Source: a virus | Direction: 5' to 3' (one strand) | IMG/VR virus record: IMGVR_UViG_3300038393_000573 | Location: 1-64,000 of that record | Length of the DNA stretch: 64,000 nt | In this document: positions 1 to 9,016 of the stretch, piece by piece | Numbering within the stretch: position 1 is the first letter of the stretch | Layout of the letters: each line of letters opens with the position of its first letter | The notes under the pieces: generated by a model | The model's database searches: none | Told to the model about the DNA's origin: nothing | The model's input: only the letters and a program-made list of their open reading frames with translations | Position numbers and translations under genes: made by a program

Positions 1-375
1 AGCATTGCGCTGCGCCTTGACGCATCGGCCCGTCTCGCAGGGGATGGAGTTAGGGCAGATGGCGCAGCCGCTGAAACCTTGTCCTTGCCCAATGGCGCTG
101 AGAGCCGCTTGAAATCTTGTGCCCACGTGCTCAATGGTGAAAGCGCGATTGCCGTGTATGCCTGTCACGCCAGCATTGGTTTCCCCGTAGGGAGCGACGG
201 CAATGCCCCGCGCAGCAAGCCACGTCAGCACTGCGCTGCGCATCTTGTTGAGCGGCGAGTCGTCTTCTCCCGCGTTGAACATGGGCAAGCCGAACTCATA
301 GTGGTCGTAGTCGCGAGCGATCTCGTCCAAGTCAGAGAGCAGCGCATCGATTTCTTTCGTGGTGGGTTCAACCAT
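1..375 (-). CDS. hypothetical protein, N-terminal part only (ORF runs off left edge)
   Basis: ATG at 375 preceded by AAGGAG; reverse frame open for all 125 codons to position 1; absent from ORF track because no stop lies in the window. Confidence 0.55.
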   Translation of the reverse strand, partial: MVEPTTKEIDALLSDLDEIARDYDHYEFGLPMFNAGEDDSPLNKMRSAVLTWLAARGIAVAPYGETNAGVTGIHGNRAFTIEHVGTRFQAALSAIGQGQGFSGCAICPNSIPCETGRCVKAQRNA

Positions 376-664
376 GTTTGAGTCTCCTTTTCAGTTGAAG
401 CCGCTATCCTACGTTACTTCGCTCGTAGCTGTCAATACTTCGCGAGAGAGCGGGTGGAAGTGATGATCTACAAGGACGGGTTGACCCACGAGCAAGCCTT
501 GGCGCTGGAGCGCGAAGTCATTAAAAGCATCTTGCCCCACGGAAACACCCGCATTCCTTCATAGATATTTTAAGACGAGAGTGCACAGATATTTTGGTGC
601 TACTTTGCTAAAAGTGGGCCAATTTTATTTCTGCCTTTTGTGATGTTTTTACAACAATACCCTA

Positions 665-692
665 TTGACTTCCTATCAAGCCTTGCTACACT
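665..692 (+). promoter_or_regulatory. sigma70-like promoter TTGACT-N16-TACACT
   Basis: Hexamers read directly; lies 38 nt upstream of the ATG at 730. Confidence 0.5.
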
Positions 693-729
693 TGCTTCTT
701 TCTTACCGTAGAACAAACGAAAGGAACCT

Positions 730-894
730 ATGAGCACCCTCGCAATCTTCATCATCGTCTTCGCAGGCGTGGGATTTATCTTCCGGGCCGTATTCGGAAA
801 CCTTGCGCAAACCCCCGGAGGGGATGCTGCCCGCGTGCTTCTGGTCAGCATTGGTTTGGCCCTGCTGGGTGTCGCCTGCGGAGTTATCAAGTAA
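730..894 (+). CDS. small membrane protein (54 aa, two hydrophobic segments)
   Basis: AAGGAA SD 5 nt upstream; MSTLAIFIIVFAGVGFIF...LLVSIGLALLGVACGVIK; below ORF-track size cutoff. Confidence 0.5.
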   Translation: MSTLAIFIIVFAGVGFIFRAVFGNLAQTPGGDAARVLLVSIGLALLGVACGVIK

Positions 895-954
895 TCCAAC
901 AAGCAAGCAAAACCAACCTCCAACCTAGCAGCAACCAACGAAAGGAACTGTACC

Positions 955-1248
955 ATGCACCGCACCACTATGAGCCAACACAAGGAAGAGTACCGCAGCC
1001 GCCCGGTGGAAGAATGCCTCGGCGTTGATTTCGCTGTGGTGGAAGGCCCGAAGCACCTTCCCGACCCCGGAATTCCTGTGTTCATTCGCCTCAATGAAGA
1101 CCACCCGTTTCACAACAAGATCGCCGTGCTGCGTCCCAACAAGAAAGAATTTGCGCTGGCTACATTCAGCCAGAACATTCCTAAGTACGTGGCCGTACCC
1201 GCTGTCACTTCTTGGGATTATTGCGTTCCTGCTGGAGACATGCTGTGA
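955..1248 (+). CDS. hypothetical protein
   Basis: ORF track; AAGGAA SD upstream; GTGA-coupled to next ORF. Confidence 0.6.
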   Translation: MHRTTMSQHKEEYRSRPVEECLGVDFAVVEGPKHLPDPGIPVFIRLNEDHPFHNKIAVLRPNKKEFALATFSQNIPKYVAVPAVTSWDYCVPAGDML

Positions 1249-1439
1249 AGATTTTCTTCTACGTATTCTACGCCTTCAATTGGGCTATGTACTACGTGAG
1301 CGCCGCTGCAACGTGGATTAAGTACGCTCTCATCCAAGCCAAGGCGGCTATCACTGGCCGCACTGTGGTGAACTTCATGGGCGGTACGTACAGCATCTAC
1401 GGCAACGTGGTGCAGCGCATTGGGAGCTACAAGCGATGA
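1245..1439 (+). CDS. small hydrophobic protein
   Basis: GTG overlaps the preceding TGA (GTGA); VKIFFYVFYAFNWAMYYVSAAATWI is TM-like. Confidence 0.5.
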   Translation: MKIFFYVFYAFNWAMYYVSAAATWIKYALIQAKAAITGRTVVNFMGGTYSIYGNVVQRIGSYKR

Positions 1440-1660
1440 GCGTCGGCATGAAGGCTTATCTGCCGCCTGTTGGTGTAGAGGACATCACGCCCGAACTTAT
1501 CAAGGCGTTCCACAGCCACAAAGGTTTGGTGTGGATGCGTGACGATTATCTGTCTATGCGGGCATACGCGCAGGACAACCCGGCGCTGTATAAGCTGCTG
1601 GAAAAAGTTGCGGAAGTAAAGGAGGAAGCCCGGAGAACGGGTATGACGTTCGAATGCTGA
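1436..1660 (+). CDS. hypothetical protein
   Basis: ATGA overlap with upstream ORF; ORF track. Confidence 0.6.
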   Translation: MSVGMKAYLPPVGVEDITPELIKAFHSHKGLVWMRDDYLSMRAYAQDNPALYKLLEKVAEVKEEARRTGMTFEC

Positions 1661-2132
1661 GGGCGAGTTAGCGAACGGAAACGATTTTTCGAAATTCAAA
1701 TTTCAAAAACGTCCAGAACTTACCCGAATTTTTCGCAAGCTTCTTAGCCCGCCCGCCCCTCCCCCGCCCGATCATGGAGCCGGGGGCACCCCCTCCGTTA
1801 CAAATGTGGTGTGAAACCAACAGTCGCGTTGGTTCCACGCAACAGCTAAGGCTGGAGCGTTGCTAGGCTGCAACAAACCGGGGAAATGGGGGAAGGTTGA
1901 AAAGTAGACGGGCAGGGTCGCCGTCCACCCCTTGTTAATTCGAAACTGCCCCAATAGTACAATAACGATACGGGGTGCGCAAGCGGAATTTTCTAGGGGC
2001 TTTCCCTTAGCATTGCCGAAACCACGGGAGGGAACCCAAGCGGGAACGCCTACGGGTTTTGGCTGGCTGTAGCTGGGGCAATGCTGGGACATTGAACGAG
2101 GGAATCGAGGCTTCCGGTAGTCAGTAGGCAAC

Positions 2133-2167
2133 AAAAAAGCGGCTCACGGGTGTTTACCGTGGCCGCT
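2133..2167 (-). terminator. intrinsic terminator acting on the minus strand
   Basis: AGCGGC(T)CACGG / CCGTGGCCGCT stem with 7-nt loop; A6 on + strand gives a U-tract only for a leftward transcript. Confidence 0.55.
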
Positions 2168-2444
2168 CTCGCGTAGGCTTACATCGCCGGATTTTGTAGG
2201 GCTTTACTGACAGCCCAGCGCCTTTGTTCCGTATCTCCTAATACTATTGGTTGTAGTTTCCGGCCATCCCTGTAGGACGTTTCCGGCTTGCGTGTCGGCT
2301 ATTCTAGCATAACGGCTCAACCGTACGCAAGCCTCCCGCGTAGGACAATGCCGAGCCCCAGCTAGCAACGAACAAAACAAGCCGCTACAGTACAAACACT
2401 TTCAACCCGCCCCAGCTTAGGGGCAATTCATAGGAGCCCCAAAA

Positions 2445-2957
2445 ATGCCTTCCATTCTTGCCCGCATTGGTGCTGATAGCTCTCCTGCCGTCTTCATTGC
2501 TGACAGCTTGAAAGATGGACAACTGCAAATGTGGGACGGCGCAGCCGGAACCAAAACCGTTGGCGTTGATTACTACATGCGGACACAGCCGGTTAGCGAT
2601 GCTGACGCGGAAGCCTTGCGCAAGCGTTACGCTAAAGCCACGGGACAGCCGCTAGAATCGGTTTTCCTACGTCAACGCCTGCCGCGCACGTACAAAGAAC
2701 GTCCGAACCTTATCGCAGGCCAGCAAGAAAACAAGCGGGCTGCAGCCGCACGGGCGCAAATGGAGGCCGATATCTTGAAGGCAGGCAACGGCACGCCACA
2801 GCCTGAAGCGCCTACGTCTACGCCTAGTAGTGGTGCTACTGTTCCGGTAACCGTGCACGTAGCCCCGGAATACGCGCAGGCTCTTAAAATGATGGAAGAC
2901 CCCCGCACGGCTGCGCTCATCCTGAAGATTGCGGAAACGCTCAGGGTGGCCCTGTGA
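2445..2957 (+). CDS. hypothetical protein
   Basis: AGGAG SD; ORF track 170 aa; TACAGT -10 element at about 2385. Confidence 0.7.
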   Translation: MPSILARIGADSSPAVFIADSLKDGQLQMWDGAAGTKTVGVDYYMRTQPVSDADAEALRKRYAKATGQPLESVFLRQRLPRTYKERPNLIAGQQENKRAAAARAQMEADILKAGNGTPQPEAPTSTPSSGATVPVTVHVAPEYAQALKMMEDPRTAALILKIAETLRVAL

Positions 2958-3160
2958 GCCGCGCCTACACCGCAGCCCTACTCGTGGCCCTGTCTTTGGG
3001 GCTGTGCGCCTGTGAGCCGCAGCCCCTACAGGTAGAGTCTCAGACCTTCACGGTAGGCGAATCATCATCTACTGTCACACATGTGCGCGGGCCATTCGGA
3101 CAGGTGCAAACATGCATTACGCGCGTAAGCGGGGGCAGTGCCTCTATGGAATGCCACTAG
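2954..3160 (+). CDS. small secreted or lipoprotein-like protein
   Basis: GTGA overlap; N-terminus AALLVALSLGLCAC resembles a signal peptide with Cys. Confidence 0.5.
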   Translation: MSRAYTAALLVALSLGLCACEPQPLQVESQTFTVGESSSTVTHVRGPFGQVQTCITRVSGGSASMECH

Positions 3161-3208
3161 GACAGCCACAGGAAAGCCCCACCTGGCGCGGGGTTTATTT
3201 TTGCCCGC

Positions 3209-3236
3209 TTGACAATGTACGGTAACGGGACATAAT
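3209..3236 (+). promoter_or_regulatory. sigma70-like promoter TTGACA-N16-CATAAT
   Basis: Read directly; contains the conserved GTACGGTAAC element. Confidence 0.6.
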
Positions 3237-3263
3237 CGAGCCTTCATCAACGGAGTCGCAAAC

Positions 3264-3452
3264 ATGCTCACCACGCGCTACAGCCATAAGACGGATGCGG
3301 AACTGCATTACATTATGCGTGACGCTAAGGAAGCCGCTGACGCTATGCGGGGGCACAGCCCGGAAGCCGAATGCAAATACCTCGATCAATTGAACGACGC
3401 CGCTACGGAGCTTTATCGCCGTCGCAACGGCACAGCCCAGCAAACCAACTAG
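3264..3452 (+). CDS. hypothetical protein
   Basis: GGAG SD; ORF track. Confidence 0.6.
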   Translation: MLTTRYSHKTDAELHYIMRDAKEAADAMRGHSPEAECKYLDQLNDAATELYRRRNGTAQQTN

Positions 3453-3461
3453 GAGCCGCAA

Positions 3462-3617
3462 ATGTGGACAGTATGGGAATTTCGGAGCCCCAGCACGGGC
3501 GAAGTTAAGCGGGTAATCCGTCGCAGCGAGCCGCTAGAGCAGAGGTTTCAGCACGAGTATCAACGCATAGTCTACCGTGGCACAGACTACCAACAAGCAA
3601 AGGCCCATGCAGAATGA
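3462..3617 (+). CDS. hypothetical protein (51 aa)
   Basis: AGGAG SD; ATGA-coupled to next ORF; below track cutoff. Confidence 0.5.
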   Translation: MWTVWEFRSPSTGEVKRVIRRSEPLEQRFQHEYQRIVYRGTDYQQAKAHAE

Positions 3618-3835
3618 CAACACCACATAACGGAGTCAATCCGATCGCGCTTCATGCCACGCAGTTTAAGGGGCTGAAGTACGGCAACAGTAACCCGGCA
3701 GGTAAGCCACTGTGGCGGGTTTATGACTGCCACGAAATAGGCACGCCTGCCGCCGTGGGGCCGCTCTACGCGAGTAAGGCGGAATTGCTGGCAGACTTGC
3801 CCCGCTACGCCCGCGAAAGCTGGGGTTACCAATGA
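3614..3835 (+). CDS. hypothetical protein
   Basis: ATGA coupling on both sides; ORF track. Confidence 0.6.
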   Translation: MTTPHNGVNPIALHATQFKGLKYGNSNPAGKPLWRVYDCHEIGTPAAVGPLYASKAELLADLPRYARESWGYQ

Positions 3836-4068
3836 CCGCAGCTATCCGCGAAGGCGACACAATCCGCATTAGCGACAACCTAGCCCACGCCTTAGCCGGG
3901 ATTCCGGCAGGCTACCGGGTGAACCTTCACGCTTTGCCCCGCTATACTTTCGAGATAGCCGCTGCCAGCATGGACGCGGCCATAGCCGCAGCCGTGGCAC
4001 TGTGCAAGCGCGAAGGAATCAACCTGCCTACAAACGCCGCCACGTGCCAGCGATTTTTAGCCAACTAA
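3832..4068 (+). CDS. hypothetical protein
   Basis: ATGA coupling; followed by a short GC hairpin plus T5. Confidence 0.6.
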   Translation: MTAAIREGDTIRISDNLAHALAGIPAGYRVNLHALPRYTFEIAAASMDAAIAAAVALCKREGINLPTNAATCQRFLAN

Positions 4069-4272
4069 AGCCCGGCATAGCCCGGGTTTTTCATTATGCG
4101 GAAAACAAAACAGTCGCCCACTCTCGCCGTCCATCCCCTGCTAGTTCGAATGCCTGCAGTGTAGCATAGCCGTACAGCCTTGCAAGCTTTTTCTTCTAGG
4201 TGCTTTCCCTAGCCTTGCGTCTAGGTGTTTATCCCTATTTCATGCGTCCTGTTATCGTACATAATCCGTCAC

Positions 4273-4494
4273 ATGCAAACACAAGCCGCCCTTACCCCTG
4301 CGCAGGCTGCAGCCCTTTCACTGGGCCGCTATTGGGGCAGCGCCGACAGCGCAGCCCTCACCACCTACCCGGAAGGCGATGCGTCTATCCGCTTCACGTG
4401 GAGCGATGGCGCAGCCTTCACCCACTACGAGCCCACGCACGAAGCCGCACGGGCTACGCTGGCCCGTCTGGGCTTTTCCCATACTAAGGCGTAG
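4273..4494 (+). CDS. hypothetical protein, probably leaderless mRNA
   Basis: ATG lies 7 nt after the CATAAT -10 hexamer (4260-4265); no SD possible. Confidence 0.5.
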   Translation: MQTQAALTPAQAAALSLGRYWGSADSAALTTYPEGDASIRFTWSDGAAFTHYEPTHEAARATLARLGFSHTKA

Positions 4495-4512
4495 GGGCTT
4501 TATAAAAAGCTC

Positions 4513-4541
4513 TTGCAACGCCTTCAGCGTAGCGTTACAGT
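4513..4541 (+). promoter_or_regulatory. early promoter TTGCAA-N17-TACAGT
   Basis: Read directly; followed by conserved leader CTCATTGCAAAC. Confidence 0.6.
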
Positions 4542-4580
4542 ACACTCATTGCAAACGAAACAGCCACGGAGTTAAACGCC

Positions 4581-4790
4581 ATGAACGCATCCCAGCAAAT
4601 CTCTGCCCGCCACTTCGGAGCCGCTATCGTGCGCAAGCTAGCACGCAAAGGCATTACCGTTACTGGACTGATGACCATTCCGGGGAATGGCCCGATGCCT
4701 TACCCTAACGGTAGCACGGGCTACACTGTGAACGATAACGGGACGGGTAAGGTTTGGACCTTTGCCGATGTCCTGAAGGCTGCAGAATGA
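4581..4790 (+). CDS. hypothetical protein
   Basis: GGAG SD; ORF track. Confidence 0.6.
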   Translation: MNASQQISARHFGAAIVRKLARKGITVTGLMTIPGNGPMPYPNGSTGYTVNDNGTGKVWTFADVLKAAE

Positions 4791-5041
4791 AGAACGTAGC
4801 TGCCCTGTCCCGCGCGGCTCTTGAACGGGCTACGCTGAAGGCTGACGCGGAAGCTAGGGCCATTTGTGCTGAAATGATTGCGGCAGGCAGGGGGCACGAA
4901 CTGCCCAGCGAAACCCGCAAGAAAACAGACCCGCTGAGCCTGCGCTATATTGCTAGCGCCAACCTCTGTGTCTGCCTCTACGGGGAAGCCCGCAGCCGCA
5001 TGGAATATCACGGCAAGCTAACGCCCATCAAAAGGGCTTGA
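4787..5041 (+). CDS. hypothetical protein
   Basis: ATGA overlap with upstream stop; in frame with ORF 4754..5041. Confidence 0.55.
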   Translation: MKNVAALSRAALERATLKADAEARAICAEMIAAGRGHELPSETRKKTDPLSLRYIASANLCVCLYGEARSRMEYHGKLTPIKRA

Positions 5042-5066
5042 CAGCCGAACAATAACCGTACACAAT
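5038..5066 (+). promoter_or_regulatory. promoter TTGACA-N17-CACAAT
   Basis: Read directly; the ATG at 5074 is 7 nt downstream (leaderless). Confidence 0.55.
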
Positions 5067-5073
5067 TACACCC

Positions 5074-5787
5074 ATGAACAAAACAGTAACCCTGATTGCC
5101 TTCCGCGACGAAATGACAGGCGAGCTTGGCTTAGGCGTGAAAGGCATTGACACTACAGACGAGGCCTTGAACTCGGCTACAGAGGGTTTGGTTATCGCGC
5201 ATGACCTCCTAGAGCACGTTAACGGGCTAGAGGCTATCGGCTCGATTGACGACGAGCTAGAGGCCCTCGGCGGGATTTGGTTTGTCCGTGGGCAGAATGG
5301 AGAGTTGCGCCGCGATCACATAGGCAGCGCATGGACGATTCACGAAAACATTGCGGGCGACCTTCAGCGCATGTTCCGGGATTACTTCTACGGGGCACCC
5401 GTGGATACTACGCCACGCAGGACGCGCCCCATTGATTGCGATGAAGAGTTACGGGAGATTATCTTCGCCGCAGAGCATGGCCGGATGAACTGCCTTAGCG
5501 AGATAGACGACGAAGACAGGACTGAAGCCCAAAAGCTTATCAAACCCTATCTAGCTGCAGCCCTTGCCCGTATGCGGACAGGCTATCGCAAAGCCTCTAG
5601 GCGATTCCATGGGAGTGCATTGACAGCCTACGACCTGTTTTGGGCCATTGCTGAGGCAGTGCAGCCGTATTGCAAGCATGTCGAGTATGAGGGGCAACGG
5701 TTTACGCTGACGTATGGCCTACGGGCTAGCACTGGCGTTCCGTATGCATTCTGCGATGAGGATTACGGGGACGACAACGACTATTGA
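5074..5787 (+). CDS. hypothetical acidic protein (237 aa)
   Basis: ORF track; longest ORF in this stretch; no motif recognised. Confidence 0.7.
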   Translation: MNKTVTLIAFRDEMTGELGLGVKGIDTTDEALNSATEGLVIAHDLLEHVNGLEAIGSIDDELEALGGIWFVRGQNGELRRDHIGSAWTIHENIAGDLQRMFRDYFYGAPVDTTPRRTRPIDCDEELREIIFAAEHGRMNCLSEIDDEDRTEAQKLIKPYLAAALARMRTGYRKASRRFHGSALTAYDLFWAIAEAVQPYCKHVEYEGQRFTLTYGLRASTGVPYAFCDEDYGDDNDY

Positions 5788-5832
5788 CGTACACAATTTC
5801 AACACGGGTAACTCCCTGAAAGGAAGCCGAAA

Positions 5833-6042
5833 ATGTCCCACATCATAACGACACAAAAAGCCCTTCGCACTGCGTTTTGGCAAGCGCATCCGGATTTGCC
5901 CAAGCGAAAAATTATGAACTATGCCGGAACCGACAAAATGTATCCTACCGATACGCGAGTGGCATGGGTTGATTTTGTTGATGCCATGGAGCGCGACGGA
6001 GACATATCGCAAGCTCTCGCACAACGGGCCACGCTCGACTAA
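5833..6042 (+). CDS. hypothetical protein
   Basis: AGGAAG SD; ORF track. Confidence 0.6.
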   Translation: MSHIITTQKALRTAFWQAHPDLPKRKIMNYAGTDKMYPTDTRVAWVDFVDAMERDGDISQALAQRATLD

Positions 6043-6082
6043 ACCCGCGTGCTAAAATCGTACACATCGAAAGGAAACACGC

Positions 6083-6256
6083 ATGGACCCCAACGAAACA
6101 TTGAGATTGCTACGACTGACGTTAAAGCAAATGAAAGCCGACACTGATCCAGCCATCCGGCAGGCCCACGCGGACGAAGCGGCAGAGCATTTTAATGCAC
6201 TAGATAATTGGATGAGTAGCGGCGGGTTTTTGCCTGAGGCTTGGAAAAGGAACTAA
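6083..6256 (+). CDS. hypothetical protein (57 aa)
   Basis: AAGGAA SD; MDPNETLRLL...GGFLPEAWKRN; below track cutoff. Confidence 0.5.
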   Translation: MDPNETLRLLRLTLKQMKADTDPAIRQAHADEAAEHFNALDNWMSSGGFLPEAWKRN

Positions 6257-6260
6257 ACAA

Positions 6261-6491
6261 ATGCCAGCAAAACAATCTCAGGAAATGCGCGACGCGCTTA
6301 TGCTCGTGGCAAATGGAGCCACGCCCCGGCAAGCCGCAGACCTGTCCGCGAATGCCGTATGGTTCACGTCTATTTATTCCACGCTGAAGCGGGAAAAAGA
6401 GAAGGCGAAAGACCCGGCGATGTCAAACACGGAAGCCGCGCAGCGCATTCTGTCCCGCGTGGGGCAGGATTGGAAAAAGGTGAACGCATGA
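6261..6491 (+). CDS. hypothetical protein
   Basis: AAGGAA SD; ORF track. Confidence 0.6.
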   Translation: MPAKQSQEMRDALMLVANGATPRQAADLSANAVWFTSIYSTLKREKEKAKDPAMSNTEAAQRILSRVGQDWKKVNA

Positions 6492-6730
6492 AAATTAAAT
6501 TTACACCCCTGCCGATGCGTGCAATTATCGACTACGCCGCGTTGCGCGAACTACTGGCAAAAGAACGTGACGGCATGATTTTTCTGAGCCCTGACGAAGT
6601 GCCGGATTCTCAGCGCCTACGCATGGCATGCGGCAATTACGGCATGAGCGTAGCCAAAGCAGTTAACCCGAAGGGGGAACTAGTCGGCTGGCGCATCACG
6701 CAAAGCAACGGGCGAAGGGGCACAAAATGA
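6488..6730 (+). CDS. hypothetical protein
   Basis: ATGA overlap; in frame with ORF 6359..6730. Confidence 0.55.
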   Translation: MKIKFTPLPMRAIIDYAALRELLAKERDGMIFLSPDEVPDSQRLRMACGNYGMSVAKAVNPKGELVGWRITQSNGRRGTK

Positions 6731-6855
6731 CGGCACCGAAACGCCCCAGCTTGCCCGTTCGTGCGGACGTGCACACGGTTACCCCGCAAGGGGTTGTCTG
6801 ATTGGTTGAATCAAGAATTCACACGGGACAACGGATAACCATATTCGCAAAGTGG

Positions 6856-6900
6856 TAGGGTTTGTCCTAGTTTGACTAAGTACGATAACGGGACATAATA
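6856..6900 (+). promoter_or_regulatory. early cassette: TAGGGTTTGTCCTA box plus TTGACT-N17-ATAATA promoter
   Basis: Box 6856-6869, -35 at 6872-6877, -10 at about 6895; leader CCCATCGACAAC follows. Confidence 0.6.
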
Positions 6901-6932
6901 CGCCCATCGACAACGCACTAAGGAAACGCAAC

Positions 6933-7166
6933 ATGCCTCGCAACCTGTACGAACAAATGAGCCGCAACGCCCGCGAAGCTTTGGCAATCGTGCTGGGCTT
7001 CAGCATCCCGGCAGAAACCGCCGCGAAGGGATATGACGTGGATAACGTGCACGGCTGGAGCGGCTTCCGCAATAACCTGCAGGACATCGCCTGCCTTCCC
7101 GCTGGCTTCACCATCGGGGACGCCCTCCGCGCCTACTGCGCTCACGTCATCAGCAAGGGTATCTAA
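6933..7166 (+). CDS. hypothetical protein
   Basis: AAGGAA SD; ORF track. Confidence 0.6.
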   Translation: MPRNLYEQMSRNAREALAIVLGFSIPAETAAKGYDVDNVHGWSGFRNNLQDIACLPAGFTIGDALRAYCAHVISKGI

Positions 7167-7167
7167 C

Positions 7168-7443
7168 ATGGGACGCACCATTACCCCTAAGTATGCCCTC
7201 GACATGGACGGCTGCACGTGCATGGCATGGGACACGAAGCGCCACGGCAAGCCCACAGCCGCGAAGCTGGAGCGAGTAGTTATGGAGTACGCCAAAAGCC
7301 TAGAGGCAGGGGGCTGCAATGCCCATATCTCGCAGGCTTTGGGATATATCCCTTACCCGCGATGGGCAAGGGTTCGCCGGAATGTGTGGGACGGACACAC
7401 CGTGGCCGAGTGGAAAGCCGCTATGTTTCAGGTGTATGGCTAA
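7168..7443 (+). CDS. hypothetical protein
   Basis: Internal ATG of ORF 7033..7443, immediately after the upstream stop. Confidence 0.5.
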   Translation: MGRTITPKYALDMDGCTCMAWDTKRHGKPTAAKLERVVMEYAKSLEAGGCNAHISQALGYIPYPRWARVRRNVWDGHTVAEWKAAMFQVYG

Positions 7444-7700
7444 TGGACCGCGCACAGGCTGAAGCATTCGCCCGGACCCTTTGGGGTTCCCGTGGCTTTG
7501 CCCGTGAATTGCGGGAAGCTACGGACGCGGACACCTATGACAGCGAAGGCTGGCGGATTTGTTCTGGCCCTATCTTTGTCTATGAAGTGGGCTACTATCG
7601 CACAGGCAAAAAGGGCGCGAAGCTTTCCACTGTGAAGGGGAGAAGCCCGACAGGGTATGCTGAAGCTTTCGAAGCCGCAGGTATTAGGGTTTGCCCCTAG
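7443..7700 (+). CDS. hypothetical protein
   Basis: TAATG overlap with upstream stop; in frame with ORF 7218..7700. Confidence 0.5.
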   Translation: MDRAQAEAFARTLWGSRGFARELREATDADTYDSEGWRICSGPIFVYEVGYYRTGKKGAKLSTVKGRSPTGYAEAFEAAGIRVCP

Positions 7701-7739
7701 AAAATAATCCTAGACAAGCCTGTTAGGTTCGATTACAGT
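7685..7739 (+). promoter_or_regulatory. early cassette: TAGGGTTTGCCCCTA box plus TAGACA-N17-TACAGT promoter
   Basis: Box 7685-7699, -35 at 7711-7716, -10 at 7734-7739; leader CCCATTGCAAAC. Confidence 0.6.
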
Positions 7740-7774
7740 ACACCCATTGCAAACACAAAACCGGAGCTAACGCC

Positions 7775-8053
7775 ATGAGCCGCATTCTTGAAACCCGCCG
7801 TGAGTACAACATGGAAAACGCATATCAGGCTCGCGAGGCCGCTGGATTGTTTTTCCATGCTGCTGCATATGGGTTTAACGGTTCCCTGTCTCAAATGTGG
7901 ATGATGGCTGAGCGCCCTCACAACTGGACACCTGAGCTTGACGGGCGGAAGGCTGAAGCTAAGGCTTTGGCCGCTGCAGAGGCAGAGCTTACTCAGGCTT
8001 TGGCGAAATACGATGCAGCCCGTAAGGCTGCGCACGAAGCCGCTAAGAGGTAA
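7775..8053 (+). CDS. hypothetical protein
   Basis: GGAG SD; ORF track. Confidence 0.6.
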   Translation: MSRILETRREYNMENAYQAREAAGLFFHAAAYGFNGSLSQMWMMAERPHNWTPELDGRKAEAKALAAAEAELTQALAKYDAARKAAHEAAKR

Positions 8054-8057
8054 GCAA

Positions 8058-8261
8058 ATGCAGACGCGCACCTATCTGATTACCGCAACGCTTTCACGGA
8101 TTGACGCAAGCGGCAGAGCCGAGCGTAAGCACCTGATTAAGCACCCTATCCACGAAGCCCGCAATATTCCGGATGCAGCCGCGAAGCTGGAAAAGGCTGT
8201 CGGGGCTGATGGCTGGCGCATACTGAATCGCCCGCGCCCAATCTTTCAAGCTGTGTTTTAG
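8058..8261 (+). CDS. hypothetical protein
   Basis: AAGAGG SD; in frame with ORF 7938..8261. Confidence 0.55.
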   Translation: MQTRTYLITATLSRIDASGRAERKHLIKHPIHEARNIPDAAAKLEKAVGADGWRILNRPRPIFQAVF

Positions 8262-8306
8262 TAAGGGTTTGTCCCTACTAGACAAGCCCGCTAGCCCTGC
8301 TATCAT
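8262..8306 (+). promoter_or_regulatory. early cassette: TAAGGGTTTGTCCCTA box plus TAGACA-N16-TATCAT promoter
   Basis: Box 8262-8277, -35 at 8279-8284, -10 at 8301-8306; leader TCCATCGTAAC. Confidence 0.55.
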
Positions 8307-8338
8307 TCTTTCCATCGTAACTCCCGGAAGCTACTAAC

Positions 8339-8503
8339 ATGATTCAAGCCCTCAAGCTCTGCGCGGAAGCCCTCACTAACCGTTACCACAGGACGGGTCT
8401 AAACACCGAAGAACATGAAGCATTGCGAGCCGCGAGAGCCGCAATTAGAGAGGCAACCGGGGAAGTTTGGGATAACAGTCGCGGGCGCTGGACGCTGCCA
8501 TAA
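8339..8503 (+). CDS. hypothetical protein (54 aa)
   Basis: ATG after GGAAG; below track cutoff. Confidence 0.45.
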   Translation: MIQALKLCAEALTNRYHRTGLNTEEHEALRAARAAIREATGEVWDNSRGRWTLP

Positions 8504-8642
8504 CACAAGCCCGGAAGGGCTTAACGGGAGCTTGCATTAGCTCCTACCTAACTAGCGGGGACCATCCCGCCGGGCTAGCGTAGGCTCCCGTTAGACTCTT
8601 CCAACGTCCGGCAGGACACAATAGCTACAAAGGAGCTTAAAC

Positions 8643-8828
8643 ATGCGTCAAGTCTTTTTCCCCACCCGTGAAGCCGCCCGCGCTTTCCCCGTTGGCAAGT
8701 ATGCCGACATGGGCAAGGATGCGCCGAAGGGTGCCCGCCATGCCCGGACCATCAGCGGACTGTCCGGGAGTGCCAAAGAACGCCGCAAGGCTTTCCGGAT
8801 CATGTTGCGCAACGCTGCAGCCGCTTAA
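8643..8828 (+). CDS. hypothetical basic protein
   Basis: AAGGAG SD; ORF track. Confidence 0.6.
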   Translation: MRQVFFPTREAARAFPVGKYADMGKDAPKGARHARTISGLSGSAKERRKAFRIMLRNAAAA

Positions 8829-8860
8829 AGCAAGAATAAGCGTAGCCCCGGAGGAACGAC

Positions 8861-9016
8861 ATGCAACAACGCACCTATTACAACAGCGCGGGCAACATTA
8901 ATGCAAAGACGAGCCGTCAACCGCGCAGGCTCACTGCAGGCCAGCGCCGAGAGCTTGACAGGCTGCAGAGGCATGCTCAGGAAATGCCCACGCGCCAGAG
9001 GTATACCACTCACTGA
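8861..9016 (+). CDS. hypothetical basic protein (51 aa)
   Basis: GGAGGA SD; below track cutoff. Confidence 0.5.
   Translation: MQQRTYYNSAGNINAKTSRQPRRLTAGQRRELDRLQRHAQEMPTRQRYTTH

Noticed and set aside
461-574. Short frame ending ...VEVMIYKDGLTHEQALALEREVIKSILPHG, reminiscent of the C-terminal end of GIY-YIG nucleases
   Set aside because: Only about 30 residues of vague similarity are present. There is no GIY or YIG motif upstream, and no start codon with an SD.
1748-1771. C-rich tract sharing the 14-mer CCGCCCGCCCCTCC with 14323-14336
   Set aside because: A single exact 14-mer repeat is within chance expectation for this window size and GC content. The second copy lies inside a coding ORF.
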